From Welwitschia mirabilis (Eukaryota): a DNA stretch of 63,765 nucleotides. The notes under the pieces were generated by a model that saw nothing but the letters and a program-made list of their open reading frames with translations, did no database searches and had not been told where the DNA came from. A program made the position numbers and the translations under genes. Positions 25,125 through 38,399 of the stretch are shown piece by piece (within the stretch, counting starts at the first letter, position 1; the number at the start of each line of letters is the position of its first letter). The stretch lies in contig JBOZIK010000001.1 in NCBI GenBank assembly GCA_051453625.1, forward strand, positions 48,652,691 to 48,716,455, read 5' to 3'.

Positions 25125-28100
25125 CTTGTATTCCTTCATTAAAATACTTGGCATTATATTATTGAGATCTTGAGATCACGATATACTTTTCTGGAATTCT
25201 ATTTTCTTGGAAGTGTTGAGAATTAAACTCCATTATATCATGTGTGTGATTGTAGTTTATGAAGGTTACTCAGATGTTGCATTTTGTATTGAACAATAAA
25301 TATTTTCCCTCAAATTTCTTGCAATAAAATATGATGATTTTAGCATATATTCTTCTTACTTTTATTAAGAAATTTTATTGGAAAATTTGAGTTTTTAAAC
25401 ATGTAACTCCTCGAAAAATGTATTTTTTAATTTTCAATAATGTATGAAATTGGCAATTTATTTTTAGGCATTACTTGTGGCCATTACTTAAAGATTATAA
25501 GTCTATTTATGAGTATAGAATATTGGTATTATGCCATCAATTTAATATTAATATCCATTTATTAAAAATGAAATCTCATGAAAAGGTCATGTGTTTTCCT
25601 CCTTCTCCCAAAAATGTTTAAATAATGTCATAAATAGGCTTGATGATAGGTGTTAATAATTGTTAAAATATCATTAAAATTTTATATGGGAAGAGTGATA
25701 ATAATTACTTAGGTATTCTCACAATTACGTATGTGTAGGACACCATTAATTATTAATTACTATAAAATTTATATTTATGAAGGGTAATTAAAACTAAGGG
25801 TCCTCATGTGCTGAATTTTTACTAAGATTGTGGGTTATATTGTATTTAATGTATATGGTAAAGGGGAAATAATGAGGATTTAGTCCTTTGATAAATAAAT
25901 AACATTCGTAAATTTAAAATTAGAAATATAGGCATTACATTTTGGTATCATAGTATCTAGTTTGAAGATTTTCAACTATATAAATTTTAGGATCTTTCAT
26001 TTTGGTATCAGAGCCCTAGGTTGCGATTTCACTAAGTGTAGTTATTGTGAAGGTAATATACATTTCAACATTAAAGTCTAGGATTGTGATTAAGCTTTTA
26101 ACATGGATGCCTAAAGTTGACTCTGTGCTTGTTGAATTTGTGGATGTTACACTCCTAGATGAAGAAATCATGAATAGAATGTGTGTATATAATAAATAAA
26201 TATCAAAAAAGTTATATATATTATAATATTAAATATTATTATTAAAAAATTATTATAATATATATTTATTTTTAAAAAAAGGAAAAGGCAAATGCATTAA
26301 TACATTCCTAAAATCATGTGTTTTGGAAATATATTTAGTAAATATAGCCACAATAACTTAAAAACAAGATTAGAAATAAAGCATTAAAACTCAAATTGAA
26401 TAAAACGTTAAAAATAGTTAAGGGTCTTGAAATTTTTTAAAGCATTCATATAGAAATAATTATAATGGAGGAGGAGTAAAAGCGAATAGTAGAAAATGCA
26501 TTCTATGTGATTGAACTCATGAGAAATTATTAATGTCATGTTAAGGTGAAGAAACTCAACCACTTAATACGAATAATTTAGATTCACTTTCCAATCTGCT
26601 TCTGCTTTCATCACTGCCCATTTTGAGGGGATCTACACCACTTTATAATTTCTGTGATTTTTATACTGCTCTTGAGACTCGGTTTCTTTTCTGATTTGCA
26701 CATTTTTCTATAAAATTTAAGTGCATCAAGTCCAAAAATTCTAATTGTAATTCGGTGCCTTAGACAAAGGAGGAAATTAACTTCATTCAGAGAGCACGTA
26801 GTAAGGCTAGTGAGCTAGATCTTTTGTTTGCAATGGGGCTTTTTAATGAATCCACCAAATACAATCTAAAAACATCTCTTTATCGACTATGATAGAATAA
26901 AAAGGCAAGAATAAGTTTTGGTTGAAAAGTGCAAAAACTTGTGATTTTAGAAATCACAGAGGATCTTTCTATGTATCCGACTGAAAGCCATTACGATATC
27001 TTAAATGATGTAGAGAGGAATATTCTTTCTCTTAACATTCAGACCCAAGTAATTTTATAGATTATTTTTCAAAGAAGAGGGTGAATGATCCTCCTGTAAA
27101 CTTTCTGTGACTCATCATGCTCTTCAATAGTTGTTTTAAATAAATAAGATTCTAGTCCTTATCATTTATCCCTCTTCCTGATGAAACTACACTAGCAGTT
27201 ATTCTTAACAATGGTAAGAAATATTGTGAGACAGTAGTAGGAGCAAGTAATTGTCTTTACGTCTGGCATGACGTTGTTATTTCATGTATTATTGACACCT
27301 TGATTTCTCTTAAAAACATTAGCATAGAATATGAAGTATCTAAGCATTAAGCAGTCTACACAGAACTTGACCTACACTACAATGTATTTGGCATCGGGCG
27401 AATAAGGTTTTGAAGTCTGAATGCTATGTTCAAAACCTTCTATAGTGACACTTCGGTGGATATCTAAACTAGTTTCAAGTAACATCATTGTATCCTTCCA
27501 ACAATATCACGTGATCTTAACTCTCCGCATTCTTACTGCAATCATGCTTCTAATTTTATTAGTAGTTTCTTTCTTTCTATTGTCTGGTATTCAACAATGA
27601 AAGGACATCTTCTTCATGCCATTATTCTTTCTTAAGATTTACATTTCTTAACCGGAATCTTGTTAGACCAATGTATATTCATATGGATGCCAAGAAGAAT
27701 GTCTATATAAAGAAACATTAGTCACTAGTGCACAAGAGAGGCAGTGCTTGAGAAAGTGTAGAGCAACGTGGCCAAACATGGAAATAATACACGCACAGTT
27801 AGGTGGTCTCAACTTGTGGGCAGGTGTTAGTGAAAGAAAAATAATAAACTGGCTCTAAATAAAGTTAAAATGACTAGTGAAAGTCAATTTGAACGTTTTT
27901 ATTAATCATTTGTGTTACTTCCATAAGATCTATGTCCTATAAACTCTTACTGGCAAGAGAGTTGGCTTTTAGAAACCTCCATTATGTTGTAGTAAATCCA
28001 AGACAGAAACTATTTAGAAAATGATGTTTTGGGTTTAATTAGAGGATGTCTTAGTGCTGTGATGGCTTTCCTGTTAATTCTACTTTGCTGTTGTTATGTT

Positions 28101-31100
28101 TCCCAGTGTCTTGGATGGCAGAGATGGAGTAGAGAGGGACTGTTGTGGATGTGGAATCATTAAGGTGTTGATTCTGTCTTAGCTCTTGACAAGTTTAAAG
28201 GGTTGATTATTATTGAGTGCAGAGGCATGTGGAAGGGTATTATCGAAATACCTAGGATAAAGAAGAAGGGTCCACTTAGCTGCTTTGAAAATATGTATAA
28301 TGGACTAAAAAGTGTAGCGCTGACCAAGCAAAACATCATGAAATACTTACCTTGAGGTGTTAGATATTAGACAATTAAAAATATAAATCACTATTATCAT
28401 AAACTAATGTGTTCATTGTTGCCTCCCTCCATTCTCACCGTAGTGCTCCTCCTCTCTATGTGCATCATCTATTCTTACTTAGAGCTATGTCTTGCTGCCA
28501 TTTTTTATTTAAATCATCATCCTCTCACTAGTGTTTCTAAACCCATTGTATTTTGTCCTTTTACCCTGATTTCTCTATATTTTGTAAGGGATCTACTTCA
28601 GGTCCATCAAAATTCCAATGCCATCGTAGTAAGCATGGAGAGGATGTCACTAAATTGGTGTTTTAGCAATAACAGGTCCAAGCTTATGTCTAACTATATT
28701 TTTTAGAATACTATCTAGAGCTTGACTGCCATATTTTATGCATGAAAAAGGTTATAACAACATCGAAGAATATACTTAGTTGTATAAGTCTAGTTGGTAT
28801 TACTACTTTTAACTATGGTTTATTCCTCTTACTTTTAGAATAGGTTTTAAGTTTCATGTGACATTTTAGAACTTTTAAGCAAGACTAGTTATATCTTCAA
28901 TGATGTTAAACTTTTAAGTATGATAATAATATTTCCTTATTCTTATGTTGTTTAATTCATTTCTTACTTCAAAACTTTTCTTTTATTTTTTCTAAGCATA
29001 GATATATGACTTATAGTATCTCATTTTCTGCTATGTTTCAATCTCTTAACTGCACTTGTAAGATTGATAAGATTTTCTAAATTCATAGAAATTGTGATTT
29101 TACCTTTATATGTATATTTTGCTTTCATCGCTTTATATTTGAGAATGCATCAAACGACTAATATAACCTTCTATTTTTAGGTCCTGACATAACCTGAAAT
29201 TTGAAAGTCTTGTTATTGAGAAGATAGAATCTTTTAATGCCTTAAAATGAAAAGTAACATATAAACATCTCATGATACCTTATACAAATCTTTAAGACCT
29301 CCTCTCTATATGCTGATGTTTGGGTTGATCACTAGAAAAAGTATGAGTCCATTTGGTTAAACCTCTTAACTCCTTAACCTATCTTGGTAATCTATATCCA
29401 AATAACCCTTTTTCTTAAAAGTTTCTCGTATTGCTTGACTAGTTATTTATATTAATTGAGTCTCCCTTGCTAGTTTTTATTAGCTTACGTCTTGTAATCC
29501 TCAGCTACATGATAAGTTTTAATTAGCTGATCCTATTATGTTAAAGTTTGTAATCCTATTTAGATGGAATATGCATATAGGTTTTCAACCTTATGGATTA
29601 GACTTTTCTCACTTTGAAAAGCTCTTTGTTTGGTCTATGATTACATAACTTTGGCCTCCTATCATACATTTAATCCTTCACTTATTAAGCCTTAAGATGC
29701 TATATTATACATGTAAGCCTTTGAAGTGGAAATTCAACTATATTATACATAAAGAAGTGTAAAAAAGGCATCGAAAGAAGTACACAAAAAAGGAGTGTAG
29801 TATGGAAGGGATCTACAATTTTTGAGCTTAGGCTTGAGGAATTTCTACATAACAACTGTTGAAGTATATGTCACAATTAGAGTAAGAGATTGTTGTGTTG
29901 TCATAATTGAGTTGCAGTTTTGGACTTAACAGTTTGAGCATATTTTGGTTTTAATTCAAGCAAGAAGGTCGTTGAGATATTTTGGCATATGAAACTAAAT
30001 GGTTCAACTTAATTGTAAGCATATTCAATTTTTTCTTAGAAATTCCTTGCTTGAGAGATATGCTAAATTATAACATTTTTCCCTAATCAAGTAATCTTTA
30101 TCACCCCAGAAAATGGAAAAGATAGAAGGACATGATTAACAAAAGAGTTTGTGTTAATTTTTGAAGTTAATATGCCATGAAATTTAATATTACAATAAAG
30201 GTAATTTGGCATCTCTCTTAACATAAGAATAAGTTGTATAAATCTTGAGATTGATGATATCAATCACCTTGAATAACTTATGTGAACTTGTTTGTTAAAA
30301 AACAACAGTGTGAAGCTAAACGCTAGCCTATATCAACCACTTTCAACATGAAGGCACCTAAGAAGAAACTATTAACATGCACGTTGTAGTAAGTTTGTCA
30401 AAGTGAAGAAGGTAGAATATGGCTTCTATTTTATTGTGTGAAGTGCTTAGTAGATGGCATAGTTCATGTTGTGTATAAAGTCATTAATTACAGTTTAGAT
30501 TGCAAAATCAATCCTTAGGAAGATTATGAATATCTATATGTCTATAAAGGTAACTTTTACTACATATTATGGAGAATATTTTTTCAAGATTAATTCAATG
30601 CAACCAATCTATAGAAGTAGCAACTTAAGAGATAAAAGCAGATATTAATCAATGGATACCTGATTTTTTGATAAGTTTTGAGATAAAACTTCTTAAGGAG
30701 GTGAGAAATGTCACCTCCATATTTTTATTTATTTTAAAAAATTACAAAGATTAATTTTAATGAAATATTTATAAAATATTAAATTATTTTGAAACCTCCA
30801 ATTGATATAAATATTATGTTCTTGAGATGCTATCTTATTAAATTATAGTATGAGTACCTTTTAATTAAATGTTTGCATACAATTTTTAAATGTTCTTGTG
30901 GTGGAAATGATTTCTTTTATTTACTTATGCACTTCTTAAAAATTATACTTGATTAAATGTATATTGTGGAGGCATGTTATTTATCTTTTTCCTTCATTGT
31001 TAAATATGAAGCATTATCTTTATTTATATTATTAAAAGCACCTAATGGCTAGGAAATATTTTATGAAAAATTATGTAATCCCCCCTTAACTATTTCTTTA

Positions 31101-31614
31101 GACTGTGTCCTTTCATATTCTCAAGTTTTATCATCTTACACATGTTTCCTGATCATATATAGAGTCCTTTTTTTCTCAAGTCTAGTTTATTTTTGAAAAC
31201 AACCTTACCATGAAATCTTGGAACTTAGAAAGCTTAGAAGATCTAAAAACTTGAAAGGTCTTTAAATAGTAAACATATGAATATGGTTCTATACTCTTGT
31301 ATTTTCTTGATGGTTCTTTCTTATGCATTCGTTTATTCAGATCGATGTGTATGTATTAATGTAAATTGATTGTTAAATCATGCATTTCTTAAATAAGAAA
31401 ACTTCTATGTTGATGCATGTTTCATCTTCATTTATCCTTTTTCTTGATATCTTGAGGTTACCTTTCTTAGTATGAGATGAAAATTTGTGATTAATTCCTA
31501 CTATATTGACTTTATCATCTTGATGTTGAAATTGATGATTAAGATGATATGTTATAATCAAACCTATCTCAGTTTCTTGATATCATTTTGTTTAAACTTA
31601 TGGTTATAAATTTC

Positions 31615-31921
31615 CATAGATTATTGAATGAGGCAATGAACTTCATAGAGCACCGAATGAGGTAATGAAGAGAGAATTCCACAGATTGCCGAATGAGGCA
31701 GTGATGATATTATATTACCATAGATCACTGAATGAGACAGTAGGCTTCACAGATCACCAAACAAGATAGTGAAGTTAATGAAAACTAAGATTATATAATT
31801 ATATTATTATGAAAGCCATAGATTACCAAATGAGGCAGTGTGCTTCATAGATATTATATGAGAATCATAGATCATCAAATGAGGAAGTGAGCTTCACAAA
31901 TCACTAAACAAAGCAGTGAAG
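31615..31921 (+). repeat. Array of about eight ~27-nt motifs in LTR-B
   Basis: Same motif as 23929-24133, at about 31615, 31644, 31680, 31719, 31748, 31817, 31866 and 31895. Confidence 0.85.
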
Positions 31922-34900
31922 CAATTGAGATATTTATTATATTTAATATTGTCATTCAAAATCATAATTTCAGTGTCTATATTATAGCTTTATTTTTTTG
32001 AAGTTTTGATTTGTTCTTCTTGCTTATCTTTTAAAAAGTATTGCCAAAGTACCTTTTTTTGCTTGGATTATACTAGGTGCTATGAGATTTTTATAGTTAT
32101 CATCCCATACTTTTATGTGATAGATGAAAAGTCTAAAGCTTAATTGCTGAAGTGGGAATAAGAATGAAGATGTTTATTAATCCTATATTAATGAAAAGTA
32201 TTCTAGACAATTTGTGATCATTATTATCTCAGTTACTTGGAGTTATGTACTTATTTCCTATTAATTATCATGAGAGATAAATTTCTTTATTTCTATGTGT
32301 GTGATTTGTAGTATGTAAAGTTTATTCTAATTGATTATGTTATGTGATTAATGAATATTTCTCTTAAAAATTTTGATCCATGAATTTTGATTATTTGAGA
32401 TCATATTTTCAACTATTACTTGATGCAGTTTATGAAAATCCTGGATCCTTAAAGCGTATATTTATTTTCATTGTTTGAAATGTCAATTTGAAATTCTGAA
32501 TTTTTGGAATCTTTTTGGTAATTATGAGTTGGCATATCAATTTCATGTTACAGTTGGAATATGAAAAATTATTTTGAAAATCCCTTATAATATGGAGTTT
32601 TTAGAAGAATATTTCTTGGATGTTATGTTTATTTATTGTTAATAAATCCTTTTTAATGGACATTTGATATTCCCTCCTTCGCTAAAGATTTAAACCTGTT
32701 GTAAAGAAAGCTAATTAAATCCTCTCTAAATAAATTTAATGTTTTAAAATTAGGAGTCCTATTTAATTAATTNNNNNNNNNNNNNNNNNNNNNNNNNNNN
32801 NNNNNNNNNNNNNNNNNNNNNNNNNNNNNNNNNNNNNNNNNNNNNNNNNNNNNNNNNNNNNNNNNNNNNNNNCTTGTAGTGGTGATGATTTCATTTACTT
32901 TTATTTTATTGCACTTTCCTAGAATTTATGCATTTAAATGTAAATTGTGGACGCTCATTGTTTATTTTCCCATATTATTATGATTAAATGTGAATCATTA
33001 TTTTTATATTATTATTAAAGCACCCAGTGGCCAAGTAAGCCTTTATAAGATGTTATTAAAATCCTAGAGCTTAGGAGGTCTAGGAGCATGGGAAACTTAA
33101 AAGATCTTTGAAGAGATTGAACATATATGGGTATGGTTCTATACTTTCATGCTTCCTTGTTGGTCCTTTCTTATGCATTCTACTATTGAGATTGTTGTGT
33201 TTATATTTCTACAAGATGAATGTTTAATTATGTGATGTTTGATAAAGATAAATTCAGTTTGTTACATGTCTTGTATCCATCCACTAAGAACAAATACCAT
33301 CAAACATCGAGCACAAAAAGGATGTGACAAGTCTTGCATGGATCATACTGGGAGCTATGAGATTTTTATAATTCTCATCCCATACTTTTGTGTGACAAGT
33401 GAAAGATTCGGAGTATACTTGTTGTTGTGGGCAAAAGGATGTGAAGGATTAATGTTCTAATATTGTTGGAAAATTTTGTTGAGTAATCTTGTATTCCTTC
33501 ATTAAAATACTTGGTGTTATATGAATGAGATCTTGAGATCACGATATACTTTTCTGGAATATTGTTTTCTTGGAAGTGTTGAGAATTAAACTCCATTATA
33601 TGATATGTGTAATTGCAGTTTATGAACTTTACTCAGATGTTGCATTTTGTATTGAATAATAAATATTTTCCCTGAAATTTCTTGCAAGAAAATATGATGA
33701 ATTTAGCATATATTCTTCATGCTTTTCTTGAGAAATTTTATTGAAAACTTTAAATTTTTAGATATGTAACTCCTCAAAAAACGTGTCTTTCATTGAATTA
33801 ATTTTCAATAATGTATGAAATTGGCAATTTATTTCTAGGCACTACTTGCAGTCATTTCTTGAAGATTATAAGTCTATTTATGAGTTAGAATATTGGTATT
33901 TTGCCCTCAATGTGATATTAATATCCATTTATTAAAAATAAAATCTCAAAAAAGGGTTATGTCTTTTCCTTCTCCCCCCAAAAATGTTTAAATACTGTCA
34001 TACATAGGCTTGATGATAGGTGTTAATAATTATTAAAATATTATTAAAATTTTATATGTAAAGAGTGGTAATAATTACTTAAATATTATCACAATTGCAT
34101 ATGTGTAGGACATCATTAATTTAATTACTACAAAATTTATATTTATGAAGGGCAATTAAAATTATGGGTCCTCATGTGCTGAATTTTTATTAAAATTATG
34201 GGCTATGTCATATTCAATGTATATGGTAAAGGGGAAATAATGAGGATCTAATCCTTTGCTAAATAACTAATGTTCAAAAGTTTAAAAATTAGAAATATAG
34301 GTACTACATTTTGGTATTAGAGTGATGAGTTTGAATATTTTTAACTATAAAACTTTTGAGTTATTACATTTGGTATCAAAGCATTAAGTTTGAAGATTTT
34401 CAACTGTATAAACTTGGGGTTTTACAGGAATATAAAATTTCTTTAATGAAACAAAATGAAATCATTGTTATCTCATCATCATGTTTCTTAATTAGTTGAG
34501 AAAGCAAAAATAATATATTTATTTATTTATTCCATATCCTCTTAAAATTGAGCATTTCCTCATTAAATGAATTATGTTCCTTCTTTATAGTTTTTATTTA
34601 TAAGGTAATAAGAAGTTTTTCCATTTATATGCCATTATTGCTACTTTATAAAGAAATGGTTATTAACATAAAAAAAGCAAGGATGTTAAACATCTAATAA
34701 AGTACATTTTATTACAACATGGACTTTGTATAATACATTAATCTACTTGAATCAGTAAATATTGAAGCAAAAAAAGAGAACAAAGATCTATAAGAAAGAA
34801 ATAAAAGGTTCTACATTATATCATATAATGATACAACTGAGGCTCCTACTCTTCAGACCAAAATGTGGAAATAAAACTACTATTTAAAAAAAAGATGTAA

Positions 34901-36684
34901 TATCATATTTATTTTTCTATTTTTTTCTTTTCTTCATACTTTTTTCACGTAAGTGCTCTTTACGAAAATACTTTTAATTCAATTATGATAAGAAAATGAA
35001 ATTGGATTTTACTTTTTAATCGGAGACTATGTTGAGTATTGGTATTTCAATATGAGAATTGATTTATCAAAATCTACTAAATTTGTCCTTATTTTTATAG
35101 GGTTCTTAAAACCTTATACTATACTTAGAGATATTTTGTTAAATTTACAAGTACACAGTGGAATTATGCTGAGAGTAGTTAAATTGTGACTATTTTAACA
35201 CTTTTTAAAGCATTATTTATGAGTATACTTAAAGCCAATTATGACAATTTGGAGCGAGGATGCAATAGGAGTATTATGAAGGGATGAATACCTCTTGAGA
35301 TCTTTATATGAGCTATTCTGTGCTTACATAAGATCTTGTTAATAAACTTGATTATGTAATGTAAATCCTTCCAACGATTCATTATTGCTTTTAAGAGTGA
35401 TCCTTAAGATTGATGAAATTACCAAAAGATATTCTTTATAATTAAAATGAATTATAATGATATCTTATGATATTAATCTGATTCCTGCATGTACAATAAC
35501 TTCTATTAATGATCTAGAAATTTTAAGACATTTTCTTAATGATTTCTAATCTTCTGATAGTGTTAAATTTGTTAATTTTCATGTTTGAAGTATAAAAAAT
35601 GAAAACAAAAATAATATTCTTTTCAAATAGCCTATGTTAAATGCAAGTCATAAAACTTCAAATTTTAGGTGGTGGCATAATACTATTCAGCTAATTTAGT
35701 TGGTTGAAATTTTTCAAAGATGATTCAAAAAGGGGATTTTTGACCTCTAATTAGTTATAACTCACTCATAAAATTTTTTTGCATGTTATAGATAAACCCT
35801 TTATCCACCATTAATAAATCATAATCAAGCCATTTAGATTTTCTTATAGTCAATATTCTACTAATTTATTTAGTTTGGAAGTGATTGTATACATGTTTAA
35901 GCCATTTCCTCTTTCTTAGTTTATCTATTATCGTACATCATCCTAGTTCAATTCCGTATTCTTTCCACCTAAGAGGGGGCTTTAAGAAGTTCAAGACAAG
36001 TCCTTTTAGTAATTTTATAACATATCGGGGCCAAGAATTGACTTTTAAGCATTTGAATGATTTAAGATCAATATAGGGGTGTTCTTGTCCATTGAATAAG
36101 TTTTTGTCTACCTTATCTTGCAATTTTGTGTGTTTTCATATTTTAGCTTGGATGTTTAGTAGTTTTTAGAGTTGGTATGCTTTTTTATTAAGTTTTTAGC
36201 ATTGAAAAAGAGTATATGTTAATGTTTTATAGTTTTACATAAAATTACAAAATGTATTAGATTACTTGAAATATTAGTTACATATTTTTAATAAAGATCT
36301 CCAACAATGTTAAATCTTATCTTGTCCATTTCTCTGGAATTTTTATTATTTTTCATTAAAAAGTATAATATTACATTTTAACATCATACTAAATTAATTT
36401 CACATATCCTCTACTCATTTCTTCTAATTTACTTTAACATATTTTTATATTTTCATGCCTTTTGTCTTTATTTATATTTTTTTAAAAATATTTTATATAT
36501 CCTTATTTACTCTTATTCATGAAAAGTAACTATCTTTAATCATGTATTTTGCTTATAACTTTAGAAATCCTTAGTGAAACCCTTTGTAATATACCTTTTC
36601 TACAACTTTGTATCAAAATGCCTTTTTCTATTTCTTCTAAAAAAATCTATAAGTTTAGCATTCTTTTTTTTTTTTTTGGGTTTA

Positions 36685-37598
36685 TAGTTTTCATTTAAAT
36701 CTAAATTTAAATTGAGTCCATTTTTTTATCTACAATTGAAGAATTGATTTTGTATTAACCTTTTTTTTTTAAATTTAGAATACTTAACTAGTTTTTATTT
36801 GCCTTTGTATTAGTTTCTTAATATTATTATTTAAAATAACATATTAAATGTTGATTTAACATGTTTCACTTAACATTTTTTTTTCCTTTGTTTGATTAAG
36901 CATTGCATTTCTCATGCTAAAATTATTGTATGTTGTTTGGTAGACTAAGCTATGATAATTTGAATTGATTTTCTCTTTCCAAGTTTATCTCATTTCTTCT
37001 AATTATGTGCAAAATGCATGTTTCTAAAGTTAGTACTTTCCAAAAAAAATGTTGTACTAAGTCCTATGTTTTTTAAACCTAGACATGCATCAAGACATTA
37101 TTAAAATGATTCTTTTATAATTTTAAACTCTAATGCTTTTTATTTAATAGTTTTCCTTAAAATCTAAATTTAAATTAAGTCACGATTTTTATCTGCAAGT
37201 GAAGACTTGATTTTGTATTAACCTTTTTTTAACAAATAGAACACTTAACTAATTTTTGTTTACTTTTGTATCAGTTTCTTAATATTATTACTTGAAATGA
37301 TCTTTTAGATGTTGATTTAACATGTTTCACTTGACATCTTTTTTCTTTGTTTGATTAAGCATTGTATTTGTAACTTTGAAATTATTCTAATGTTGTTTGG
37401 TAGACTAAACTATGATAATTCGAATCTATTTTTTCTTTCTAGGTTTATCTTATTTTTTCTAATTATGTGCAAAATGCATGCTTCTAAAGTTAGTACTTCC
37501 AAAAAATATTGTTGTATTGAGTCTTATGCTTTAAAAGCCTATACATGCATTAAGACATTATTAAGATGATTCTTTTATAATCTTCAACTCAAATGCTT
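36685..37598. repeat. Diverged direct tandem duplication, period about 463 bp
   Basis: 36685-37138 and 37148-37598 align. Both contain AAATCTAAATTTAAATT, TTGATTTAACATGTTTCACTT and TTCTAATTATGTGCAAAATGCATG. Confidence 0.9.
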
Positions 37599-38399
37599 GA
37601 GTTTCTATCATGCGTTTTTCATGCATTATAAGTTGAAATTTATAAAATTCTAATTCGTTTGTAGTTTGTTCAAGTGTATATGATGTGTTAAATTATTGTA
37701 ATGATTAATACTCATTATAGGAAATATACAAAACTAAAATAAAACTTTACTTTACACGATTTACTTAATAACCATATTGTTTCATATGCAAAAGTTAAAA
37801 TTTCAAATTTTTTTTAAAGATACGGTAAATGTATATTATATTATAACTTAAGACAAGAGTAGAAACAACATAGCTTAAAAGCTAGTTTTCCAAGTGTGAT
37901 AGAAATCTTGCTGATAATTAAAGCCTCAAACATCAATATCTAATTTAGTCAACCCTTGTTCCCAATTCGAATCAGCTCTTAACTAGCATACTCTAATGGA
38001 TTTATAATAAAATAAAATTCAGAAGACTCTAAAGGTGGGAAATTTTCTGGCCAATCCCAAGGCCTCTACAATTCCAAAAAATTCATTGGAAGGAGAGTTG
38101 AGATTGCTTAACATCTTAAATGTCCTCCTTTGTCTCGTTTTTAATTTTACCTTTTCTGCTATTCAGTAATTTTTCTATCTATTTATCTAGTTTTTCAAGT
38201 TCTACTGCTTGTTAGTGCATCTGAAACATGCTCCTCCCCATCATTACCATTATCTCTTTGCTCCTATCCCATTTCCATTTCTAATGGCTATTGTAACTTG
38301 GAAGAGCAAATTGGTGCGTTGTAAATGCACTCTGTGTACTGCTTTTCTTGTTCCATTGTTTCTCATTCATTTCTTGTTTCATTTCCTACATCTGTTCTA

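Larger units (their letters stand above)
23015..34426 (+). mobile_element. Tekay/Del-type chromovirus (Ty3/gypsy) structure with long LTRs and 5-bp TSD GGAAT
   Basis: Starts TGTAAC (23015) and ends TTTACA (34426), flanked by GGAAT at 23010-23014 and 34427-34431. LTR-A 23015-25999; perfect Met PBS TGGTATCAGAGC 26003-26014; decayed pol about 29200-30670 ending in a chromodomain-like EVAT*EIKADINQWIPDFL; PPT TTAAGGAGGTGAGAAA before LTR-B (30709-32772); then an N gap and LTR-C (32873-34426). Confidence 0.85.
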
